From: Nemertoderma westbladi
Lineage: Eukaryota > Animalia > Xenacoelomorpha
Assembly (NCBI GenBank): GCA_032718475.1
Contig: JAUCBJ010000306.1
Location: forward strand, 59,994-123,993
DNA: 64,000 bases
Direction: 5' to 3'
Shown piece by piece: positions 1-9,712 of the stretch. The translations under genes and the position numbers were made by a program. Position 1 is the first letter of the stretch; every line of letters begins with the position of its first letter. Under the pieces are notes generated by a model. The model saw nothing but the letters and a program-made list of their open reading frames with translations. It was not told the DNA's origin and ran no database searches.

Positions 1-654
1 TTGCATTAGCGGGCAATCAGCTAGATCGCACTATTCGGTACACACAACACGCTAGTAATTTGCTGGCCTAAAGCCAGCTGCAGGCAAGTTTAGACCCAGC
101 GCGGTACTATCCACGTAGAGACAAATACTGTACCATTTTGATATTTAAATATTCTCGCATTCACACATTACGTTAGGGAATCCCCAGTATTCGCGATTAG
201 AAAAGACGTAGGCAATAGCGTGCTTTAATAGTGATAGAATTAGGCGTAAGAATACTCTGAGTGCAAAGCCTCTCGCACTCGTCTTAAGTAAGCTTAGGGA
301 GCCGACTCGGGTTTATTGTTTTGGTTATTCCCGCGTGGCTCATAGATTCGAACAGTAGCTCTCTATTGAGCGATCGGTAGAGAAAGGAACAAGCGATTTT
401 GCAGGAGTTGTGTAAAATTAGTAAAATATATTAGCGGACGGCAGATTAGCGCCATCTAACGGTAAGTAGCGGTTTTGTATTTAGCAACCTTTACCATTTA
501 GCAATATCATGCTCCTGATCCCCTTTACTTAACAGTAGAGCAGTCTTTGTGTCTTATTGGTTAGACGAGAACTTATTAGGTTGGCAGAGAAGTATACGGG
601 TATTTGTCTGTTCAACAGTTCTACTGTTAGTATAGAGGTCGCGGTTGTTTATCA
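1..654 (+). repeat. 5' LTR (3' part only) of BEL element
   Basis: Aligns to 15420-16074 with about 7 substitutions and 1 indel and ends in TATCA. No canonical TGG primer-binding site follows. Confidence 0.9.
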
Positions 655-1030
655 GTGATACCTGTGTTATTGTCTGCTGTAGGCCTACCGCGTACAGTAG
701 GACATAGAGTATTCTTAGGCTGTTGATTTAGATCACTGATACTTCGTATCAGTGATACGTGCATTTGCTGTAGGCTGTAGCGTACAGTAAATAGAGTATT
801 CTTAGGCTGTTAGTTTAGATTACTGTATTCACTGGTCGCGTACAATAGTACAGTAGTACATTAGGCTGATTGCTGTTACTGCGTACGGTAGAAAGGACAT
901 TTGTTTTGCTGTACCACATACAGTATTCTTTAGGCTGTTAGGTTGGTGTACTGTTTTACTTACTGTACTGCATACAGTGGATGTACGGTAGTGCGTTCTG
1001 CTAATTGCGAATACAGCAGTTCCTTAGGCC
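650..1030 (+). repeat. Degenerate ~80-97-bp tandem repeats in BEL leader
   Basis: TATCAGTGATAC at 650 and 747, with recurring blocks CGTACAGTA and AGTATTCTTAGGCTGTT. Confidence 0.65.
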
Positions 1031-1834
1031 TTAGGGCAAATTGTAATTAGTAAGTTTTTTGAAAATTTTAGCTAGGTTTGCGAGAATTCAGTTTCGGTCA
1101 AAATTATTTTGTAAAATTCTAGAGTTTTGTACCGGTATGTTAGGTAACCGCTTAGTTATTTTATACCATCTGGAGATACATGGCAAGACGGGACTTCTGA
1201 GTTTGGGGTTCGTGTGGGTCTGCGGGTTCGGTTTGCAATCAGCGAAAAGCCTGAATCTTTGGACGCGGACGTGGAATCTCACAGCAAACAAGGTTAGTTG
1301 TTCTGTTGGCACCATTGTGTTTGTGGAAGCAGTAAAAAATTATCGGTTGTTTAACTGCGAAGCTGAACTCAATTTATTAGTTAGGATATTTAGGTTTAGC
1401 CGGCCATGGTTTTTTGAATCGCTCAAGTTAGAGAGAGAGTTAGAGAGAGTCGCAACCCGAAGATGTAGCCACGCGCTGGTGGATACATATAATATTTGAA
1501 ATTAAAATTACGTTGATTAGAGCTATATATAAAATTAGAAATATTCGGGTGGCAAGTATATTTTGAATATTTTGTATTAGATTCAAAGTTATTTTGTGCT
1601 ATACCGGTATTTAATACTATATAGTAGCTATATAATAATATTTTGTTTAAATATTGTGCTAGTATTTGCTATAACTATATACCCCATTAAATTCACAATA
1701 TTGCATTGCGAATTTATTTGACATTTGGACCAACTGATTATTAGACAAATAATTTGACCGTATTTTGGTTAAATTATAATTATATCTCGAACTTTGCGAG
1801 ATATTTTTGCCGGAAGGCAAACATTATTTAGACT

Positions 1835-4507
1835 ATGAGTGTCTCAGACAAAGAGGCACTAGAGGACAGCTATGAGACGGCGGCTGGACCGCCGACTGAC
1901 GATAGCGTAAATATTACTGTTGACGACAATGCCGACTATGACAACGCAGCGAGTGACGCTGACGTAAGTGAACAGGAGGACGAGACAGTGACTAGTGAGG
2001 AAGAACAACCACCAGAGATAATAGTATTAGGATCCCCTACCACTACTGTAAGGAAGGACCGCACAGCAGCCCGGACAGAGGTGAGTGATAGGGAGGGTAG
2101 TGTAGCAGAAGCGAGAGCCCGGAGCCCGGTTTCCAGACCTGTGGGTATGGTAAGTGCCGTGGTGCCGACGGCTGTAAGGAGTACCCGTAGTTCCCGAAAT
2201 AATCCTTCAAGTCCACCGAGTGTGAGTCAGGTAAGTGAGAGAGAACTAGACATTGCGATAAAGAAGAAACTTCGCGCGCATGCCGGACATATAACTCGGA
2301 TGACGGACAAGGTAAGGAAGATGTTAGCTGACTCAGCGAACATCGGAAGGGTAGAGTTAGTAGAGATTAGAAGAGGATATAACTCAGCGTTATTCAAGCA
2401 GACGGAGGAGCTTGCAGTCCTAGCGAAGAAGGCAGTAGAGTCTCAGTCGAGCGACGTGGCGACGAGGATTTACGACAGGGTTTTAGCAGCCTTGTTGGAG
2501 CACCGCGAGTTATCGGAGCGATTCCGACGAGTTAGGACGGAGAACTGGCTGCTATGGGCATCACAAACGCAGGCGACTCAGGTGAGTGACGCAGAGTTGA
2601 GAGACTTAGTGGAGCGAGAAGAGATCCAAGATAAAGAGGAGCGCCGTTATCAGAGGGAAGTTACTAGCTGGCTGATGCAGAATGGAGTGGTGGTACCGGG
2701 CCAGGTGCTACCGACGACGGAGAACATTCAACAGAGGACGTTGACTCCACCCGACGACGCATCCAGAGACAGTGGCGATTCCCAGGTTAGTCACGCGCGA
2801 GGGAAGGTTATATGTGCTAGATCCCTTGTTTCTCACAACTCGGCGGAGGAGAGAAGACGCCGACTGGACGAACAACAGCCGGAAGTTTTGCGTGCATCGG
2901 AAGCACGGAAGGAAGCCGAGCGGGAATGGGAGCGCACACGTAAGTTAGACGCAAAGTTGCGAGAGTTGGAAGAGAAAGGTAAGCGCGAGCAAGCGGAACG
3001 CGAACGCAAGGAACGCGAACTCCAGCTCGAACGCGAACGGAAGGAACGCGAACAAAAGGAATACGAACTTCAACTCGAACACGAGCGCAAAGAACGCGAA
3101 CTTGAGATCGAGAAGGAGCGACGGGCGTTGTATGAAGAGAAGGCGCGAGTTGAAGAAGAGAGCGCAGCGAGACGAGCGAGGGAAGAAGAAGAACGTAAAC
3201 TGGCGCAGTTGGAAAGTGCGAGATTAAGTTTAGAGAGCGAAGAACGGACTAGGAAGGCGAATGAAATCGCCGAGAAGGGGATGCAAATGATCGAAGAATG
3301 TGGGGCGAGTGTAGGGACAGAGTTGCGAGAACTGTTCGCACTGCAGAAGGCCGAACAGGAAGCGAGAACTCCGACCATACGCGAGTCGACGACGACTAGA
3401 ATTCCTATACCCGGTCCAGCTATTACGAGTACACGGATCGCTAAACCGTTCTCTACATATCGCACGCCAGTTGGTATTAGTGCTTCACCCATCGCCCAGG
3501 ATCTACGTCATCGGAACACCGCACCACTATACACCGAACGAGCGAACGGAGAATTTAGAGAAGAAACTCCGATGGGCCGAGTATTGGGCGAACCGAACCC
3601 GCGGGTTTGGAATACGCGGACGGAGCGCCGACCCAGTTCGACGGAGAACTTCCGGGTTAAACCGGAAGAGGGATCATATGAGAGACAGCGGATTACTCAG
3701 ATAGAGCCGACTATACAACAGAACAGGAGCCAGGAATTTATTACGAGGGATGAGTTAAGTGCTAGTTTAGCGCAAGCTATATCGCCGCACATCCAACCTA
3801 TAACGGACATGCTTAGCAACCTACGGTTAAAGGAAGCAGCCCAGGTAAGAAGTAATTCTAATCCTAGCAGGCCTGAGTTAGACAAAGTCCAGCCTAGTCA
3901 ACGAGTACGCATATCGGAGGAGACTATACCACATAGACCTCAGGTAAGGACGCCTGTCCCGAATATCCATAATCCCAATTTCGAAAATTCGGCTGAGAAA
4001 TTTATTCAGGATGCTTGGGTCAGGGCCTCAGCGCGCAAACCATCGCGAGCGCTAAGGACTGACACCGAGTCAAGCGATGAAGAGGAAGAAATGAGACGTC
4101 AGAAGTCCCGAAACTATAAGGAAAGAAGGACGGACGCGGAGCAGGTAAGTTGGAACCACCGGGAAAGGACCAGACTTAACAACCCTGCGGAACTAAACCA
4201 TTTGTTAACCCGGAACGACGCAACCCTTAGGGACATAGGTAAGTTTGCTGCTAGGCAAGGACTGCCGACGCAACAACCCCAGAAGTGTATGGGTAACCAT
4301 AAGCACTGGAGGACGTTTAAAACCTATGTCGACGAGCAGCTAACCAACAGCACCTTTACTCCCAACGAGAAGTTCAACTATTTGCTTCAGATGCTCCATC
4401 GAGAACCTAGAGCCATTGCTGATAACTTCGTCGGCAACGAAAGAGCATTCGTTGAATGCATTTCCTTAAAACCTATTTTTTATGCTCTATCTCGTGGTGT
4501 CGGTTAG
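1835..4507 (+). CDS. gag: BEL Gag, C-terminally truncated by an insertion at ~4465
   Basis: Acidic N-terminus, coiled coil, and DUF1759-like motif G.HKHWRTF...EKFNYLLQML. Homology stops abruptly and no Gag zinc knuckles are present. Confidence 0.85.
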   Translation: MSVSDKEALEDSYETAAGPPTDDSVNITVDDNADYDNAASDADVSEQEDETVTSEEEQPPEIIVLGSPTTTVRKDRTAARTEVSDREGSVAEARARSPVSRPVGMVSAVVPTAVRSTRSSRNNPSSPPSVSQVSERELDIAIKKKLRAHAGHITRMTDKVRKMLADSANIGRVELVEIRRGYNSALFKQTEELAVLAKKAVESQSSDVATRIYDRVLAALLEHRELSERFRRVRTENWLLWASQTQATQVSDAELRDLVEREEIQDKEERRYQREVTSWLMQNGVVVPGQVLPTTENIQQRTLTPPDDASRDSGDSQVSHARGKVICARSLVSHNSAEERRRRLDEQQPEVLRASEARKEAEREWERTRKLDAKLRELEEKGKREQAERERKERELQLERERKEREQKEYELQLEHERKERELEIEKERRALYEEKARVEEESAARRAREEEERKLAQLESARLSLESEERTRKANEIAEKGMQMIEECGASVGTELRELFALQKAEQEARTPTIRESTTTRIPIPGPAITSTRIAKPFSTYRTPVGISASPIAQDLRHRNTAPLYTERANGEFREETPMGRVLGEPNPRVWNTRTERRPSSTENFRVKPEEGSYERQRITQIEPTIQQNRSQEFITRDELSASLAQAISPHIQPITDMLSNLRLKEAAQVRSNSNPSRPELDKVQPSQRVRISEETIPHRPQVRTPVPNIHNPNFENSAEKFIQDAWVRASARKPSRALRTDTESSDEEEEMRRQKSRNYKERRTDAEQVSWNHRERTRLNNPAELNHLLTRNDATLRDIGKFAARQGLPTQQPQKCMGNHKHWRTFKTYVDEQLTNSTFTPNEKFNYLLQMLHREPRAIADNFVGNERAFVECISLKPIFYALSRGVG

Positions 4508-4985
4508 AACGCGCGAAAATGAAAATCGATGCCCATTTTTGAAAAAAATCGGAAGTTATTTGACAAAATTATGGCTAATTTTGGGAAGGGCTTTTGTGTT
4601 GGCAATCCAATTGAAATGAAAGGTGTTCTTCGGATAATTTGAATTAATAACGAGTGCCCTACATAACCGCGCAGTGCACTTAATAACGAGTGCACTACAT
4701 AACGGCGCAGTGCACTTAATAACGAGTGCACTTCATAACGGTGCAGTGCACTTTATAACGGCGCAGTGCACTTCATAATAAAGGTGTAGTGCACTTCATA
4801 AAGGTGGTAGTAGTGCACTTCATAACCATTGCGGTGCACTTAATGTTATATGCTGTATTTTATGTTATATGCTATAGTACATGCTATGCTATATGCTATA
4901 CGCTATATGCATTATGCTATTGCTATATGTCATATGCTATATGTTATATGTTATGCTATATGCCATGTTATGCTATATGCTATGG
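4465..4985. repeat. Foreign AT-rich filler: TE-like end, 36-bp AGTGCAC minisatellite and TATGC-type microsatellite
   Basis: Abrupt composition change, repeats TAATAACGAGTGCAC...CATAACGGCGCAGTGCACT and (TATGC/TATGT)n. It occupies the position of the gag-pol junction. Confidence 0.7.
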
Positions 4986-7900
4986 TTACCAACCAGGTTC
5001 GTTGGACGAGGATGGCGAGTCGAGCGCGAGAGAAGTGACCTGCCAAGGTTTCACCGCGGATAGTTCATCGACCAGCGCGCGGACGTATTTATCATCGGCC
5101 ACGTCGGAAATATTTAGCGTGATTCCGGTGAAACTCACTGGCGATAAGGGATCGAAGCGAATATATGTGATGTTGGACACTGCGTCCACATTATCTTATA
5201 TCGACGAGGAAGTGGCGAGAGCCGTTTCTAGCTTCCAGGACGCCGAGGAGATCCAAATAGAGTTGAAGTCTATGCACGGGGTAGGAGACCTCAAGGGACA
5301 CAGAATTTCGGTAGAACTAGATTCCCTACTTCCGAGAGACCAACACACTCGACAAGAACGGAAAGCTTTGCCATTGGACGGATTTAAGTGTCTAGCTATG
5401 AAGGGATTCGGCAGGCAGTTAGGTAAGGTGCCGCCGATGAGTCCCATGGCACAGGAGTATTTTGACAAGCTCAGGATACCCAGACATCAGGTAGGTTATA
5501 GGAATGTTTCTATGTTGATTGGTGCAGAACAGCTGATCGCACACCAGATATGGGAAATGAGACCAGCTGAGCCGCATGTCAATGGACCACATGCCCATAG
5601 GACTATACTAGGTTGGTATACACGAGTACCCATGTCTTATGAGTTTACAAGTGGCGACAAGCCAATAAACAGATACGATGAATTACAGCCTATAACTCAA
5701 CCACCGTTAGTAGAACCACCAGACATAGACGAGTTTAGGAGTACCTGTATTGACCACTATAGTGACTTTAGCGAGTCGGACGAGGAGTTGATTCCCGATA
5801 ATGTTAGGTTGTTGGAACCACTTCATAACGACCGGACAGATAGTGAACCCGAGGACTACTGTTATCAGACCCGTGGGCCTGGTTCAGCGGCCCACGCTAC
5901 CTATCTGAGTAACGTTTTGACTTATACTGACATAGTGGAGGGTCAAGTGGCTAAATATCGAGACCTCGACATTTTCCAATACAGTGAGGAGGAGCTACAG
6001 AAGGAATTGATACGCCAGGACCTCGAGACAGGAGCCAGAACCGTCGAATGGCTGGATAGGGACGCAATGGAACCCGGTGGATATGACCTAGCCATGTCTA
6101 CTGACGAGAAACGGTCGCTGGAGATGATGGAAGATACCATACGTCTGCTACCGACTGGACATTTTGAAGTTGGAATGTTGTGGCGTCGACAACCACCTAA
6201 GTTGGAGAACAACTACAACTTAGCCTTGAAAAGATTAAACGGAGTAAGGGCTCGGTTGTTGAAGAATCCAGACATTAGGGAGAAGTATTGCGCCCAGATC
6301 AACAACTATTTCGCCAAGGGATTTGCTGGGAAGGTAGAGGACCCTGACTTAGTGACAGACCAGACTTATTACCTTCCACACCACTATGTGACTCACCCTG
6401 ACAAGCCAGACAAAGTCCGAGTAGTCAACGACTGCGCAGCAGTCTATAGAGGTATGTCCCTGAATTCAGAGTTGATGGACGGACCCAACCTGAACAATTA
6501 TTTGATTGGAATACTGTTGCGTTTTAGACAGCGGCGATTCGCATTTACTTGTGACATCGAGGCGATGTTCCACCAGGTAAGAGCCTGTAAGGCAGACCAG
6601 GATAGCCTTCGATTTCTCTGGTTTGAGGATGAAGACTTATCCGGCCCAGTGGTTACATACCAGATGTACGTAAGGATATTTGGCGCCCGCGATAGTCCGA
6701 ATGGCACGCTGTTCGTTTTAAAGAAAACGGCAACAGCCCAGATTGGTAAGTATCCAGTAGAGGTAATTGAGTCTATATTGAGAAACTTCTACATGGACGA
6801 CGGATTGGTGTCCAAGGACACGGCGGAACAAGCCATAGAAGTGGCTCACGGCCTGCAGGAGTGCTTGGCTACAGGGGGTTTTCCTCTAACCAAGTTCACT
6901 ACAAACTCGGAGGCCCTATTAGAGTCGTTCCCGGTAAAAGATCGCGGGAGCGGAGACATTGAATTGGGGGTAGAACCAATCCCCATGGCGCGAGTACTGG
7001 GACTCGCTTGGAACCCGAACTCAGATAAGTTCCAGGTAAGAGTTAGATTTGAACCCAGTAGCCCAGACAAAGTTTTGACAAAGAGGATTTGCTTATCGAC
7101 ATTAAGTAGACTATTTGACCCGATGAACTTTATCAGTCCGGTTATATTACAGGCACGAGCGTGCATGAGGAAAATTTGGTTGTCCGACCTAGAGTGGGAC
7201 GAACCAATATCTCCTATACATGCAAAGCAGTGGAGGGAGTGGGAAGCCGAGTTACATCTATTGAAAAACATAGATGTACCCCGCTCCTACTTCCCGAATC
7301 AGCTGGTATTCCCAGCTGATTTAGAGCTGCACCTATTTAGTGACGCAAGTGACACCGGCTTTGGTATGGTAGCCTACCTTCGCCGAGAGGTAAGTCAGGA
7401 CAAATTTGAGACGGCCTTTGTGACTTCTAGATCAAAGACAATGCCGGTCAAATACATGACTGTCCCTCGTGCAGAGTTACAGGCGGCTGTAGTTTCAGTC
7501 GAGGTAAGTAAGCAAATAACTGAGGAGTTAGACACGACATTGACCTTATTCTATTGGACGGACGCATCCTTGGTGTTAGTATACATTGCGACCGACAATA
7601 TTGCACTAAAGACATTTGTGGCCAATAGACGCGCTCAGATCGTCGACTTTTCGACGAAGGAACAGTGGAGACATTGTCCGGGAGTGTTGAACCCGGCCGA
7701 CATAACTTCGAGAGGTGCAATGCCGGCGGAATTCTGTCAGGAAGAGTCGCAAGAGTTTTGGTTGCATGGACCTGATTTTCTAACAAGGACACAGGAACAT
7801 TGGCCAGAGCGACTAAAGATAGTGACCAATCCGATGCCTGAAGATGCAGAAGTTAAGGTGGAGAAAGTCTCTAAGTCGAAGTCTAAAGCCAAACTTAAGT

Positions 7901-8148
7901 CATTGGAGCGGCCTGAAGAGTCATTGGAGCAGCCTGAAGAGTCATTGGAGCGGCCTGGAGACCTGTCAGACCAACAGACTTACGTGACTACTAGGTCAGG
8001 AAGGGTAAGTTACGACATAAAACCACCCTTACAGACTAGACGACAGTCACAGTTAGTAAGTGACGGACAGAAAATGACCGACACAATGGAGCCTTTGGTT
8101 TCCAAACCTGCGGGTTTGGATTCAAAACTTCCATTGGTTTTCCATTAG
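4984..8148 (+). CDS. pol: BEL Pol: aspartic protease, reverse transcriptase, RNase H (N-terminus of the listed ORF is filler-derived)
   Basis: VMLDTAST (protease); CDIEAMFHQV and FYMDD (RT); LFSDAS, VPRAEL, WTDA, NPAD.TSRG (BEL RNase H). Confidence 0.93.
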   Translation, partial: GYQPGSLDEDGESSAREVTCQGFTADSSSTSARTYLSSATSEIFSVIPVKLTGDKGSKRIYVMLDTASTLSYIDEEVARAVSSFQDAEEIQIELKSMHGVGDLKGHRISVELDSLLPRDQHTRQERKALPLDGFKCLAMKGFGRQLGKVPPMSPMAQEYFDKLRIPRHQVGYRNVSMLIGAEQLIAHQIWEMRPAEPHVNGPHAHRTILGWYTRVPMSYEFTSGDKPINRYDELQPITQPPLVEPPDIDEFRSTCIDHYSDFSESDEELIPDNVRLLEPLHNDRTDSEPEDYCYQTRGPGSAAHATYLSNVLTYTDIVEGQVAKYRDLDIFQYSEEELQKELIRQDLETGARTVEWLDRDAMEPGGYDLAMSTDEKRSLEMMEDTIRLLPTGHFEVGMLWRRQPPKLENNYNLALKRLNGVRARLLKNPDIREKYCAQINNYFAKGFAGKVEDPDLVTDQTYYLPHHYVTHPDKPDKVRVVNDCAAVYRGMSLNSELMDGPNLNNYLIGILLRFRQRRFAFTCDIEAMFHQVRACKADQDSLRFLWFEDEDLSGPVVTYQMYVRIFGARDSPNGTLFVLKKTATAQIGKYPVEVIESILRNFYMDDGLVSKDTAEQAIEVAHGLQECLATGGFPLTKFTTNSEALLESFPVKDRGSGDIELGVEPIPMARVLGLAWNPNSDKFQVRVRFEPSSPDKVLTKRICLSTLSRLFDPMNFISPVILQARACMRKIWLSDLEWDEPISPIHAKQWREWEAELHLLKNIDVPRSYFPNQLVFPADLELHLFSDASDTGFGMVAYLRREVSQDKFETAFVTSRSKTMPVKYMTVPRAELQAAVVSVEVSKQITEELDTTLTLFYWTDASLVLVYIATDNIALKTFVANRRAQIVDFSTKEQWRHCPGVLNPADITSRGAMPAEFCQEESQEFWLHGPDFLTRTQEHWPERLKIVTNPMPEDAEVKVEKVSKSKSKAKLKSLERPEESLEQPEESLERPGDLSDQQTYVTTRSGRVSYDIKPPLQTRRQSQLVSDGQKMTDTMEPLVSKPAGLDSKLPLVFH

Positions 8149-8953
8149 ATTTATGGCCAGGAGAGGACTAGTAAAGGCGTTCTACTCCGATAAGGGTACA
8201 AACTTTGTCGGAGGGAATAGCGAGTTGAACGCGGCTCATAAAGCGGCACAGAATAAGGAAATTTCTGCAGCACTTTTGCCGCAAAGAGTAGAATGGAGAT
8301 TCAATACTCCAGAAAGTCCTTGGAGAGGAGGAAGTTGGGAGCGTTTGGTTCGCTCTGTAAAGCAGGCCATTGCTAAAACGTTGCCTGTGAACAAACAACT
8401 TACCGACGACGAATTGGTTACAGCTTTCATTGAAATCGAGCATACCCTAAACTCGAGGCCGATAGCTATGTTGCCAGACGGTGTTGCATTAACGCCGAAT
8501 CATTTGCTAATGCAGAGTCCAGCATTTCTTGTGCAGGCATCAGAACCCGTTAGTGCCGACCTATATAGTCGTAAGAGCTGGAAAGTGACTCAATTTGTGG
8601 CGTACACATTCTGGGAATATTGGCGGGAATACTATCTTCCCACCATATCCACCAGAACAAAGTGGTACAAAACGGTTCGGAGTCTCCAAAGGGGAGATTA
8701 CGTATTGATAACCGAACCGATTGTCAAGAGAAAGTATTGGGAGACGGGAGTGATCTTGCATATACACCCAGACGTGCAAAACATAGTGCGCACAGTCACT
8801 GTGAAAATTAGGTGCAAGTGTCCGCACCCAAAGAAGTGTAAAACTAATGGTTTACACACCTTGGACCGACCGGTCCAAGATATTGTGTTATTAGAGGAGA
8901 CATGTATCGAGACGGGAGATTATAGTTTGTCTCCTGCCTCAAAACAGAATTAG
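8147..8953 (+). pseudogene. BEL integrase C-terminal half (zinc finger and first catalytic Asp deleted)
   Basis: Starts at RFMARRG..YSDKGTNF; contains PWRGGSWERLVRSVK, LNSRP, LTPNHLL and FWEYWREYYLP. Out of frame with pol and lacks the N-terminal HHCC/DYFGP region. Confidence 0.88.
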
Positions 8954-9712
8954 TGTTGGACGCAACTCACTTCGTATGCATTCCTCGTATGCAAATACAA
9001 GGAAATGCATAGGAGCGGGGTTGTGGTGATTTGCGTTGAGTTTTGTCTAGTGGGTATCAAAACAAAAATTTATTTTCAAAAATTTTGGAAAATTTAAAAA
9101 TTTTAAAAAATTAGAAGTGAACCCAAGACAATTCCAGACGCTGTGTATAGACGCGTTTTAGAATTCGTCTATAGATAAACAGTAATTTGAAAAGTCGTGA
9201 AGCCTGGAAAATAGCATTTAGAAACCATGGTGACGGCTATATTACGTAGGAGTGTAAATTGAGTTTAGCAACTTCCACAGATTGGTGCCAACAGTGCAAC
9301 TAAGGTGCTAAAGGTTAGTAGCACCAGAGGCGTACATGGACCCCACTCAGTAGTTTGCAGGATGTGTGATGTTCGATTATCAAACCTGTGGGTTTGGTAT
9401 AGTCGAGTATTGTGGCTATGGTCCTTTCTAACTACTGTAGTTTAGTACGAGTAATGGGAGTAGTTTGGGCATCAAAAAGTGAGTTGGTCACGGCCAGTTT
9501 ATCTCCAAAGTTTTGCGCTATGCATGGGAATAGGTTAGAGGATAGTTAGTTAGGAAGAGACGGGATCTAGAGAGTCGAACCTGAACTGCTGGAAGGCAGG
9601 GGGGGTTCGGGAGGTCTGTCTTTCGGCGACATCTAACTGATTTACCCACAGTGTAATTGGTTACGTAACGGCACTTATTGGGATATATATATATGTATAT
9701 ACGCGAGGCATA

